Of a DNA stretch of 62,962 bases, positions 37,779 to 46,512 are shown one piece after another. Source of the stretch: an uncultured Polyangiales bacterium (lineage in GTDB: Bacteria; Myxococcota_A; Polyangia; Polyangiales; CAYWAT01); contig CAYWAT010000002.1 in assembly GCA_964456305.1 (NCBI GenBank), positions 1-62,962 on the forward strand, given 5' to 3'. Under the pieces are notes generated by a model, which did not search any database, had not been told where the DNA came from, and was given only the letters and a program-made list of their open reading frames with translations. The position numbers and the translations under genes are program-made. Each line of letters starts with the position of its first letter. The first letter of the stretch is position 1.

Positions 37779-37995
37779 TCGAGATCGCTCTCGCTTCACT
37801 CTGACCTTGGCTTACGGCCGGCTGCTAAGCAAAGCGACGACTGCGAAGCATCAGACTCTGTGGGCTGCGTGCGAGCGAAGCGAGCGCCTGCGAAGCAGGT
37901 AGCAGCACCTAACAATTAAAGAGTATCTCTCTATACGCCTTCGTCGCTGTGGTCCGGGCGCGCTCAAGTTCAAAGCAAAGCGAGAGCGATCTCGA
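37779..37995. repeat. 217-bp MITE-like element / long hairpin with perfect 18-bp terminal inverted repeats (copy B)
   Basis: TCGAGATCGCTCTCGCTT (37779-37796) is the exact reverse complement of AAGCGAGAGCGATCTCGA (37978-37995). The interior shares three blocks with 30453..30604 in inverted orientation. No target-site duplication is obvious. Confidence 0.75.
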
Positions 37996-38161
37996 CTCTG
38001 TGGTTTTCCCGTTGGCACTCTTATCTCCGCTTACCGACGGCCTGAGCGTGTCAGCCGATAGCTATCGCCAGGTACCAGGAGCGAAATCAGCAAGGGGCAG
38101 AGCAGGATGAGAGCCACCGATGCCGCTTGCTCCCGCAATCCGAAGCGCTTAACCCTCAGCG

Positions 38162-39091
38162 ATGCAGCCCGCAGACGAACCCAGCATGCTTCGCTTCGAG
38201 GAGGTCTCCTATCATTACGGCACGCTAAACGCCCTCGACCAGCTATCCCTAGTGCTGCCCAAGGCCAACATCGGCTTATTGGGTCCCAATGGCGCAGGCA
38301 AAAGCACCTTGCTGCGGCTGATTTTAGGGCTTCTGCAGCCCTCTTCGGGTCAGGTGCAGGTCTTTGGCCAGTCCACGGCCAGCGAGAGCTTAGAGATTCG
38401 CGCCCAACTTGGCTACATGCCCGACCGCGATCCCTGGATGCCTCAGCTCACGGCCTTTGAAATGCTGCGTTTTGCCGCAGAACTGAGCGGTATTCCGGCT
38501 AAGCGGGCCAAGGCAAGGGCCCATGATGTGCTCGATTTTATGGGTCTGGGCGAAGCCAGACATCGCAAACTGGAAACCTTTTCCACCGGGATGCGCCAGC
38601 GCGCCAAACTCGCCCAAGCCTTAGCAGGTGATCCCAAGCTCATCCTGCTGGACGAGCCCACCAGCGGACTTGACCCCGAGGGGCGCGACGCCATGCTCTC
38701 GCTGATCGCCAGCCTGCCCCAGCGCACCGGCATCGTTGCCCTGCTGGCCACGCATATCCTGCCCGATGTGGAACACTGCTGCAGTCACGCCATCGTCCTC
38801 AACAGCGGCAAGCTCCTACACCAGGGCAGTTTGGACGAACTGCTCAACCCCACGGCCCAGTGGTATGAGCTGCGGGTCAAAGGCGACAAAGACCACGCCA
38901 TGGCGCACCTGCAGCAACTGGGCTGCGAGGCCAAATCCGCAGACGCCGAGCTAATCGTGGTGCGCATCCCCCCGCATACCGACGCAAGCGGCCTCTTTGA
39001 TCAGCTGCTCCAGGCGAAACTCGCGCCGCGGCACTGGGCCCCACGCCGTCAGGGGCTGGAAGCCTTGTTTATGGACAATGCCGGCGATTGA
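38162..39091 (+). CDS. ABC transporter ATP-binding protein (ABC-2/exporter type)
   Basis: 309 aa. It has Walker A GPNGAGKSTLLR, the signature FSTGMRQR and Walker B LILLDEPTSGLD. No permease gene is adjacent. Confidence 0.85.
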   Translation: MQPADEPSMLRFEEVSYHYGTLNALDQLSLVLPKANIGLLGPNGAGKSTLLRLILGLLQPSSGQVQVFGQSTASESLEIRAQLGYMPDRDPWMPQLTAFEMLRFAAELSGIPAKRAKARAHDVLDFMGLGEARHRKLETFSTGMRQRAKLAQALAGDPKLILLDEPTSGLDPEGRDAMLSLIASLPQRTGIVALLATHILPDVEHCCSHAIVLNSGKLLHQGSLDELLNPTAQWYELRVKGDKDHAMAHLQQLGCEAKSADAELIVVRIPPHTDASGLFDQLLQAKLAPRHWAPRRQGLEALFMDNAGD

Positions 39092-39158
39092 AGGTATGCC
39101 CGCCCCTCTCGTTATTCATTCGGTTGGTCCGCCAACCTAGCCTAAAAAAGGAGAAACC

Positions 39159-39779
39159 ATGCCTTACTCTGTCTACCAAAGCGTCGCGCTTTGGCGTCAC
39201 GCGGCGTTTTTCACCCTAGGTGCCTTAGCCCTAAGCGCCTGCGGCGGCAGCCAACAGTTTTCCGACACCATGCCCATCCAAATCGGCGCACACGAGCCCG
39301 AACCCGAAGAGAAGGCGCCCCCTAGGGTCGAAGTGGAGGACAACAAAATCGTCATCCACGAGAAGATCCAGTTCGAGGTGGATAGCGCCGTTATCAAGCA
39401 AGAGTCCTTTGACCTACTCGCTGAAATCGCCAGCGTCATGAAAGACAATATACACATCAAAAAAGTCCTCATCGAAGGCCATGCCAGTGCAGATGGCGAT
39501 GAGAAGCACAACATGGAGCTCTCGCAAGAGCGAGCCAAGTCGGTGATGAATCACCTCATCGAAACCGACAAAGTGGATGCCGGGAAATTGAGCGCCAAAG
39601 GCTTTGGCGAAACCGTCCCCCTAATCAAAAGTAATAAAGAAGACCCTAAAAATCGCCGGGTGGAATTCACCATCACCGAGCAGGACGTGACCACCACCAA
39701 ATATGAAGTGGATCCCACCACAGGGGAACAGCGCGTCATCGAGAAAGATACCGAAACCCACACCCACGACGGCAAGTAA
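39159..39779 (+). CDS. OmpA-family lipoprotein
   Basis: AAGGAG lies upstream. It has a lipobox ALALSAC and an OmpA-like C-terminal domain (IEGHASADGDEKHNMELSQERAKSVMNHL…NRRVEF). Confidence 0.8.
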   Translation: MPYSVYQSVALWRHAAFFTLGALALSACGGSQQFSDTMPIQIGAHEPEPEEKAPPRVEVEDNKIVIHEKIQFEVDSAVIKQESFDLLAEIASVMKDNIHIKKVLIEGHASADGDEKHNMELSQERAKSVMNHLIETDKVDAGKLSAKGFGETVPLIKSNKEDPKNRRVEFTITEQDVTTTKYEVDPTTGEQRVIEKDTETHTHDGK

Positions 39780-39794
39780 GAGAGGAGCACCATC

Positions 39795-40187
39795 ATGCGA
39801 AACTATTCAACCCTTCTCTTGGCAACCTTTGGCATCCTCGGTGGATTGGCCCTGCAAGGCTGCTCTTACCATGCACGCGGTCCCGAGGACTATCGCAGCG
39901 ACACACGCCGTGCGATCGAGTCCAGCCGTGAAGAAATCCGCACCTGCTACGACGAAGTCCTCAAGAAAAAGCGCAAGGCCGCCGGCACGGTGGTGGTGAG
40001 CTTCAAGGTGGAGAAGAAGACCGGGCAGTTTAAGGACGTACAAGTGGACGAAAGCGCGACCACCGCGCCCGAGCCTATCGTCGAATGCGTGATGAACATA
40101 CTCAGCAACCTCATTCTCGACCCACCCGATGCACGAGATGGCATTGCCGAGTCCTTCACGCTCGAGTTCACGCCTCCCAAGACGTGA
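39795..40187 (+). CDS. Lipoprotein with AgmX/PglI C-terminal-like (TonB-C-like) domain
   Basis: 130 aa. It has a lipobox GLALQGCS. EIRTCYDEVLKKKRKAAGTVVVSFKVEKKTGQFKDVQV resembles the AgmX/PglI C-terminal domain. Confidence 0.55.
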   Translation: MRNYSTLLLATFGILGGLALQGCSYHARGPEDYRSDTRRAIESSREEIRTCYDEVLKKKRKAAGTVVVSFKVEKKTGQFKDVQVDESATTAPEPIVECVMNILSNLILDPPDARDGIAESFTLEFTPPKT

Positions 40188-40281
40188 TCGTTGCACAGGC
40201 CACGGCGATGATGTGTAGGCACTGTCGCCGTGCGTTCTGCGTTTGGGACACCATCTATCTCTTAACTTACTCCAGAGCGTC

Positions 40282-41232
40282 ATGATGTCCGACGCTAGCG
40301 ATGCCGCAAAACAAGAGCTCCCGCGCCAGGGATGCTGCGCCATCATCGGCGAGCCCAATGTGGGCAAGTCCACCTTTCTTAATCGCGTCCTCGATCACAC
40401 CCTTGCGATCACGGCACCGATTCCAGGCACCACCCGCGTGTGCCTACGCGGCAACTGGCTGCAAGCCGAACCGCCCACGTCGATCGCTTTTCTCGACACA
40501 CCGGGCATGGCGAAACCCAAACATGCCTTGGACAGCTACATGCTTCAGCAGGTCTACGACGGCCTGGCTCAAAGCGATGTCTGGCTCTGGATAGTAGCCA
40601 CATCCTCTGCCTATCAGGCCGAACGCGCCGCAAAGATTGCCCAATCCACACTCGCCCAGCGCATCCAAAAGGGCAACTGCCCCCTGGTGATCGCCATCAA
40701 CAAAGTGGACACGCTGCGCGACAAGTCGCAGCTCCTGCCCTGGATCCAGTTTTACCAAGACACCTTCAACCCCATCGCCGTGATGCCCATCTCTGCCCGC
40801 AGCGGCAACGGCATCGATGAACTGCTCGCCCTTTTGCGCAACGAACTGCCCACCGTGACCAAGCTGGACGACGACGAAGCGCTAAGCAATCGGCCCATGC
40901 GCTTCTTTGCCGCGGAAATCATTCGCGAGGCCTGCTTGCAGCAGCTGCGCGATGAGCTGCCCTACGGCATTGGCGTCTATATCGAGCGCTACACCCAAGA
41001 GGACCAACGTTTGCACATTGCCGCCACGCTGGTGGTCAACAAAGAAAGCCACAAGCGCATGGTCATCGGACGCCAAGGGCAGTGTATCAAGAGCATCGGC
41101 ACCCAAGCACGCAAGCAGCTTGAGGGCATGGCGGGTCAAAAGGTCAATCTGCGCGTGTGGGTCAAAGTCATAAACGAGTGGGTGCACGACGCCGCGCGCA
41201 GCGCCCACATCGCAGAGGGAGATGCCCCATGA
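40282..41232 (+). CDS. era: GTPase Era
   Basis: ORF 40243..41232, with the ATG at 40282. It has G1 GEPNVGKSTFLN, G3 DTPG, G4 NKVD and a C-terminal KH domain (…VVNKESHKRMVIGRQGQCIKSIG…). Confidence 0.9.
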   Translation: MMSDASDAAKQELPRQGCCAIIGEPNVGKSTFLNRVLDHTLAITAPIPGTTRVCLRGNWLQAEPPTSIAFLDTPGMAKPKHALDSYMLQQVYDGLAQSDVWLWIVATSSAYQAERAAKIAQSTLAQRIQKGNCPLVIAINKVDTLRDKSQLLPWIQFYQDTFNPIAVMPISARSGNGIDELLALLRNELPTVTKLDDDEALSNRPMRFFAAEIIREACLQQLRDELPYGIGVYIERYTQEDQRLHIAATLVVNKESHKRMVIGRQGQCIKSIGTQARKQLEGMAGQKVNLRVWVKVINEWVHDAARSAHIAEGDAP

Positions 41233-42713
41233 CAAAGCGACGGAGAAAAGACCAGCCCAAGCAACCGCGCTTAATCTCCTCGACGGTTTCCCCGGAGGCC
41301 ATGGCCACCTATCCGATTGTGAGCCTGGTGGGCCGCCCGAACGTCGGCAAGAGCAGCGTATTCAACCGCCTGAGCGGCAAACGACTCGCCGTGGTGGAAG
41401 ATATCGCCGGGGTGACCCGCGATCGTCACTATGCTTGCGTCAATCTCGACGGGTACCCCTGCGTATTGGTGGACACGGGCGGATTTGACCCCGAGACCAC
41501 CGATCCCATGCACCAAGGCATTGCCCAGCATGTGCGTGAAGCCATCGCCGAAAGCGATGTGATCGTTTGCGTGCTTGAGGCCACCACCGAACCCACGCCC
41601 TTGGACCAGCAGGTCATCGCCCTTTTGCGCCAAAGCGACAAGCCTGTCGTTTATGTGGGCAACAAGGCCGACTCGGTGCGCCAAGAACTGCTGGCAACCG
41701 CTCATTACGCCCTAGGTCTTGACCACCTATTGCCCATTTCGGCAGCGCATGGTCACGGCATGGCCACCCTACGACAAGCGGTAGTTGCGCATCTACCCGA
41801 CGAATACCGCACCCACAGCGCCACAGATAAGAGCGAGAGTCACGACGCGGAAGCGCAAGAGCCTGCGCTAGAACAGCAAGACAGGCAGGATAACCACGAC
41901 AGCGTCGCCGAAAGCATTCCCCACATCACGCTGGTGGGGCGTCCCAATGCGGGCAAGTCCTCCCTGGTCAATCGTCTGCTGCGCACTCAGCGCCACTTGG
42001 TGGACGACCGCCCAGGCACCACGGTGGACAGCATCGACAGCTACATCGAGTCCCAGCAAGGCAGCCTCATCGTTACCGATACCGCTGGGATGCGCCGTAA
42101 AAGCCGCGTCGCGCGTGGTGTGGAGTCCAAAAGTGTGGTGCAGAGCGTTAGCAGCATGCAGCGCAGCGATGTGGCGGTGCTGATGGTCGATGGGACGGAG
42201 GGCATCGCTGAGCAGGATACCAAGATTGTCAGCCTCAGCGTCGACCGTGGCTGTGGCTTGGTGGTGGGTCTCAACAAAGCCGACCTGCTGAGCGAAACCG
42301 AGTTGCGCCAAGCACGCCAAAGCATCCGCGAAACCCTTGCCTTTGCCCCATGGGCCCCCCTCATCACCCTCAGTACCAAGACGGGGCGAGGCATCCCGCA
42401 GCTCTTACGCGCGGTGCATCAAAGCTTCGAGCAGCAACGCAAACGCATTCCGACGGCAGCGCTGAATCGCTTCTTGGAAAACATGCTGATGCATCACCCG
42501 CCGCCTGCCTATGGCACCAAAGTGGTGCGCTTCTACTACATGACCCAGGCGGAAACCAAGCCGCCTCTCTTCGTCATCATCACCAACGAGCCCAAAGGCA
42601 TCCACTTCAGCTACCAGCGCTACATGATTAACCAACTACGCGACGCCTTTGGCTTTAAAGGAACCCCCATCCGCGTCGTCTACCGCGCCAAAAAGAAACG
42701 TATGTTGACTTAG
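41229..42713 (+). CDS. der: Ribosome biogenesis GTPase Der (EngA)
   Basis: ORF 41157..42713. The ATG at 41229 overlaps the era stop. There are two GTPase domains (GRPNVGKSSVFN, GRPNAGKSSLVN) plus a KH-like C-terminus. Confidence 0.9.
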   Translation: MTKRRRKDQPKQPRLISSTVSPEAMATYPIVSLVGRPNVGKSSVFNRLSGKRLAVVEDIAGVTRDRHYACVNLDGYPCVLVDTGGFDPETTDPMHQGIAQHVREAIAESDVIVCVLEATTEPTPLDQQVIALLRQSDKPVVYVGNKADSVRQELLATAHYALGLDHLLPISAAHGHGMATLRQAVVAHLPDEYRTHSATDKSESHDAEAQEPALEQQDRQDNHDSVAESIPHITLVGRPNAGKSSLVNRLLRTQRHLVDDRPGTTVDSIDSYIESQQGSLIVTDTAGMRRKSRVARGVESKSVVQSVSSMQRSDVAVLMVDGTEGIAEQDTKIVSLSVDRGCGLVVGLNKADLLSETELRQARQSIRETLAFAPWAPLITLSTKTGRGIPQLLRAVHQSFEQQRKRIPTAALNRFLENMLMHHPPPAYGTKVVRFYYMTQAETKPPLFVIITNEPKGIHFSYQRYMINQLRDAFGFKGTPIRVVYRAKKKRMLT

Positions 42714-42730
42714 ATTTGGCCTTACAACGC

Positions 42731-43057
42731 TTATTCTTGATTTTCGCAGGTGTTATCAATCGTTATGGTACCTAAATGTTCACAGAACTTCTCTATTCTG
42801 CGCCGTTGGCAGGTATAATAGCGTCTTTCAGTCTTGATCATACTCCTATCCGGACATTGAACCCATATCAATGAGTCTGGGCAGTCATCATCAGTTTCAC
42901 ATCGCTCTCCTTCAGAGGTGAGATCTGGACCTTGAAAATTAGGGTCTTTTGCTTTTTCAGTTTCTCCGATGCCATCGACATCGGCTGCACAAGCACTGAG
43001 TCCACAAAGACTAAATACAACGCCTAAAATAATCATGTTTTTTGTAATATATTTCAT
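42731..43057 (-). CDS. Hypothetical Cys-rich lipoprotein (AT-rich islet)
   Basis: 108 aa. It has a lipobox FSLCGLSAC and 8 further Cys residues in the mature part. Local sequence is AT-rich. Confidence 0.55.
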   Translation of the reverse strand: MKYITKNMIILGVVFSLCGLSACAADVDGIGETEKAKDPNFQGPDLTSEGERCETDDDCPDSLIWVQCPDRSMIKTERRYYTCQRRRIEKFCEHLGTITIDNTCENQE

Positions 43058-43299
43058 TCTAATCCTTACTTCTAAGTTACTGATATTCTAAAATAAATAA
43101 CTATATTCAAATCTGCTTATACCACATTTTTATACATAATGCCAGTGGGTAAGTCTAACACACCGCTGAACTGACATAATTTTTATCACTTACCTTTGCC
43201 CACATTGCGGGCCTGCAGTGTCTCATGAGTAGCAGATGAAATTCGTTGCACTAAGGCAATGATTTCTTGCTTATTTTTATATTCTCATGGGATTTTAGT

Positions 43300-43737
43300 A
43301 TGAAAAAATTAGTGATTGTGTCCTTGTTTTTATTCTTAGCATCAGCGTGTAGTAATGTAGAAGGAAGCGGCTTTGACGAAAGTACGAAGTCAAACAATTT
43401 TAGCTTCGATTGTGATAATGAACATATTGAATCATCTGTTTTTTCTCAAGGAAATGACCTTTACTTTGTCGCTACAAGCAAAGAAGAAAACGGAGAGTAC
43501 TTTGTCACCAAGAGTCCTATGAAGTTCGAGTCATGGGCAGGAAATGGGACTCATATCTTCTCTTCATCCTGGGAATCAGGAAGCCATGCAACAATCGTGA
43601 GAAAGAAGAGTGGCTCAGATGATCAGGAGCATGACATCGATAAAATCCATGTGGTTGTATCAGGCGGAAAAACTAGAAAGATATCTCTTTTTGAGATCGG
43701 AGAATCAAATCCATTCTGGCCAATAGATTGCTACTAA
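43300..43737 (+). CDS. Hypothetical lipoprotein (AT-rich islet)
   Basis: ORF 43267..43737, with the ATG at 43300 giving MKKLVIVSLFLFLASAC (signal plus lipobox). No family was recognised. Confidence 0.6.
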   Translation: MKKLVIVSLFLFLASACSNVEGSGFDESTKSNNFSFDCDNEHIESSVFSQGNDLYFVATSKEENGEYFVTKSPMKFESWAGNGTHIFSSSWESGSHATIVRKKSGSDDQEHDIDKIHVVVSGGKTRKISLFEIGESNPFWPIDCY

Positions 43738-43740
43738 CAT

Positions 43741-43787
43741 AAAAAATGCAGGCATCGTGCTAAGGAAGCACAAGCACTTTGCCTGCA
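43741..43787 (-). terminator. Rho-independent terminator (shared by convergent genes)
   Basis: TGCAGGCATCGTGCT (43747-43761) pairs with AGCACTTTGCCTGCA (43773-43787) at 13 of 15 positions. On the minus strand the stem is followed by TTTTTT (43741-43746). It lies immediately after the stop of the 43789..45162 gene. Confidence 0.65.
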
Positions 43788-43788
43788 C

Positions 43789-45162
43789 TTATTTGATCTT
43801 ATACTCAAACAATCGAAGTTTACGAAAACACATTTCATAGATAAGAACAGCAAATACGACTGCATACTGTGCAATGGTGTATGCCGTCGATTCAATCCAA
43901 ACTTGCGTCTCTTGCCAATGATCTAAAGGCAAATAAGTAAACAAAACCAACCCTGACCAACACACCACAGCCCAACACCCTGTGCATGCCTCAATCGCTA
44001 AAAGCCAAAGCAAATACCAAGGATGCACCTGCGGCGAACAAAGCAACAGCGCTAACAGCAAAAAACGCAGCTTAGTCAATACATGCATCCTGGGTTGCCT
44101 TCGCAAAACGAGCGCAACACCTATCCATAGACACCCAACGGTAGCACGCGCAAGCAATGACAATGTGGTCGGTGACGCCGTACTCAATGCTTCAAATAAG
44201 GCATAAACAAGAGCAAAGATACTGGCATTGCCCTGCCATTCACGCGCGTAGTGCCCCACACCGCTATGCGTCCAGGCAGCATCGCCACTGCTCAGAGGCA
44301 AAAGCGCAAAGAGCAGGCTCAGTCCAATCAATGCTAGACCTTGGCGCCAATAACGCCGCGGCCATACCACCACAAGCAGCACCCCGATAAGCTTCAGCCC
44401 ACTTGCGCCCAGCGCAGCCAAAGCCGCCGACCAAAAACGGCGCCGATGCATGCACCAAGCACAAAGCAGCACAAAAAAACCAATCCAGGCATCAAAGTGG
44501 CCATTAAGGGCAGTCTCGCTCAGCGCCAGCGGATTGAGGCCGTAAACCAAACAAACCCGCCTTCGATGCATCGTCGGCCAATTGCGACCTATGACAAAGA
44601 GCAATGCCAACGTTGCCAAATGTCCCAGCCAAGCCAGCAACTTAACACTCCAGGGTGCATGACCAAGGAGCTCGGCAACCGCGAAAAAAAGCTGCGCTAA
44701 GGGAGGATAAATCGTGGGTACATGCTTGTGATTGATCAGCGCCCACAAAGAATCACGCAAGGGCATTAGCGCTGGCGCATCAGGAGCGTGCGCATAGGGA
44801 TTGAGGTCGCGAAACAACAAACGCGCATCCCATAAGTAGCGATACACATCATCGGAAAGCGCCGGCGGCACAGGAATCAGGAGCGCCGCAGCAAGCAGAT
44901 TGAGCGACGCGACACCTGCAAAAAGGTACAAAGACGACAACGCATTCCAGGGTTTGCAAGCCAGGAGCAAGACATAAGCAACAAAAGCCAAAGCAAGGGG
45001 CAGCAGAACCCAAAGCACCGCAAGCTTAGCAAAAGCGGCCCAAGCACTAAGCGCAAAAGCGATCAACCACAGCAACGCAGCCAGCGCTGCTAAGTGCAGA
45101 CGAAGCGCAGGCGGGCTACTCAAGATGAACGGTGCCCACAAAGGCCCGCTGATTGGGAACAA
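43789..45162 (-). CDS. Polytopic membrane glycosyltransferase (GT-C fold, DUF2029/GT87-like)
   Basis: 457 aa with more than 10 TM segments. The loop motif SDDVYRYLWDARL…NPY is typical of DUF2029/PIG-M-like mannosyltransferases. The start is uncertain: TTG at 45162 or TTG near 45123. Confidence 0.6.
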   Translation of the reverse strand: MFPISGPLWAPFILSSPPALRLHLAALAALLWLIAFALSAWAAFAKLAVLWVLLPLALAFVAYVLLLACKPWNALSSLYLFAGVASLNLLAAALLIPVPPALSDDVYRYLWDARLLFRDLNPYAHAPDAPALMPLRDSLWALINHKHVPTIYPPLAQLFFAVAELLGHAPWSVKLLAWLGHLATLALLFVIGRNWPTMHRRRVCLVYGLNPLALSETALNGHFDAWIGFFVLLCAWCMHRRRFWSAALAALGASGLKLIGVLLVVVWPRRYWRQGLALIGLSLLFALLPLSSGDAAWTHSGVGHYAREWQGNASIFALVYALFEALSTASPTTLSLLARATVGCLWIGVALVLRRQPRMHVLTKLRFLLLALLLCSPQVHPWYLLWLLAIEACTGCWAVVCWSGLVLFTYLPLDHWQETQVWIESTAYTIAQYAVVFAVLIYEMCFRKLRLFEYKIK

Positions 45163-45820
45163 GGGTGCTGTTGATCATCCCCACCACGCTACCCATGGCA
45201 GCAACCGTCGCGGTCACCGTCGTAGGCCCGGCGTTGGTGTTGCATGTGCCCCAGTAGTAAAGCTCAACGCGGTAAGGCCCGGCGCTGGGTAGCTTTTGAT
45301 GCCAGCTGATGCTCTCAAGCCGCGGATGCTCCAAGGTTGCATCACACGCACCACGTCCCTCATGATCAAAGCTGCCCCCTGATGCACTGTCGCGATGCTG
45401 GTGGTTGATAATCTCACCAGCTGGATCGGTTACATAGAGGTCAATATCGGCATCGGAATTCCAAGCAGCCGTGATTTGCAGGTTGCCCAAGGCAAAACCA
45501 CAGCCCTCATCGACCCGTCCATCACAGGTGTCGTCAATACCATTGCATTGCTCTTTGGCAGATTCTCGGCATTCAAAACCCATCACTGAAGCGCCTTTCG
45601 CAGCATTGATGTAGGCCTTTGCAAGCGACTTTGAAGAGGCCTGATTGTCCGAGTTGTAACTACTCTGAGCACCACCCAGCTGCACCTCTTTCTTGCCCCC
45701 CGAGGACGCACATCCTCCTGCTGCAAACGACAAAAAAAGAGCAAGTGTCAGAAAATATCGAGATTTTTCAGTCACACCTGTACGACAACGCTTGTGAATC
45801 GAGGCAAAATGCGGTTTCAT
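45116..45820 (-). CDS. Secreted lipoprotein with CxxxDDxCDGxxDEGC motif
   Basis: 234 aa. It has a lipobox SFAAGGC and the motif CNGIDDTCDGRVDEGCG, a putative metal-binding repeat common in myxobacterial secreted proteins. The C-terminal beta-rich domain is unassigned. Confidence 0.6.
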   Translation of the reverse strand: MKPHFASIHKRCRTGVTEKSRYFLTLALFLSFAAGGCASSGGKKEVQLGGAQSSYNSDNQASSKSLAKAYINAAKGASVMGFECRESAKEQCNGIDDTCDGRVDEGCGFALGNLQITAAWNSDADIDLYVTDPAGEIINHQHRDSASGGSFDHEGRGACDATLEHPRLESISWHQKLPSAGPYRVELYYWGTCNTNAGPTTVTATVAAMGSVVGMINSTLVPNQRAFVGTVHLE

Positions 45821-45878
45821 AATAAGAGGCCTGTTCTTGCAATGCGTGTACGAAGGGCTCTGTGGCGATTGTTAGACT

Positions 45879-46223
45879 ATGAAGAATCTTGAAGCAATTG
45901 ATAACGAACTTGCTCTATTAGGAAAATCAAATTCTGAAATCGAAGCGATTCTCAGACGCGCAACAAAATCTCCAAAAGAACGTAGTGATAGCGATACACA
46001 ACCACCGGAGGCACCTTTCCAAGAAGATTTGCGCAAGACCATAGAGAAAGCGAGAGAGTCGCTGCGTGTCAAAGGAAAGCGCTCAAGAATAGACTCCATC
46101 GTCGTCTCACTTAATGACCTGGACGACAATGGGTCGCAGGAAGAAGGCAGTGAAGAGTCGACCACGGTGAGCGGTCTACCCGTAAGCTTGGCTAAACTGG
46201 TTAAGGATTACACCAACATGTAG
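45879..46223 (+). CDS. Hypothetical acidic protein
   Basis: A 114-aa ORF that is AT-richer than its surroundings. No family was recognised. The stop codon abuts the 3' end of tRNA-Arg(ACG). Confidence 0.35.
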   Translation: MKNLEAIDNELALLGKSNSEIEAILRRATKSPKERSDSDTQPPEAPFQEDLRKTIEKARESLRVKGKRSRIDSIVVSLNDLDDNGSQEEGSEESTTVSGLPVSLAKLVKDYTNM

Positions 46224-46297
<74 letters not shown>

Positions 46298-46319
46298 AAG
46301 AAATCCGCACAAAATATCG

Positions 46320-46411
<92 letters not shown>

Positions 46412-46512
46412 CGTGAACGGGGCACTGGTATAGGAGGCAGCCGAGTTATGTCAACCCGCTCTCTTCACTCCAAGGCCAAGCTTGGAGCAAACCGAAACGA
46501 GTTAGGCCTGAG

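Noticed and set aside
37308-37919. ORFs 37308..37799 (-), 37576..37902 (+) and 37656..37919 (+), including an apparent 22-aa protein repeat (VVHPSGKGGPGV…).
   Set aside because: They lie entirely within the 22-bp tandem repeats and the TIR element. The 22-bp period is not a multiple of 3, so the 22-aa repeat is just 3 x 22 bp. Frames are open on both strands as expected for GC-rich repeats, and there are no SD sequences or family similarity.
38013-38029. Sigma-54 promoter-like TGGCAC upstream of the ABC ATPase gene.
   Set aside because: The -24 element TGGCAC is present. At the required spacing, however, the -12 position reads TCTC rather than TTGC/GC, so it does not fit the GG-N10-GC rule.
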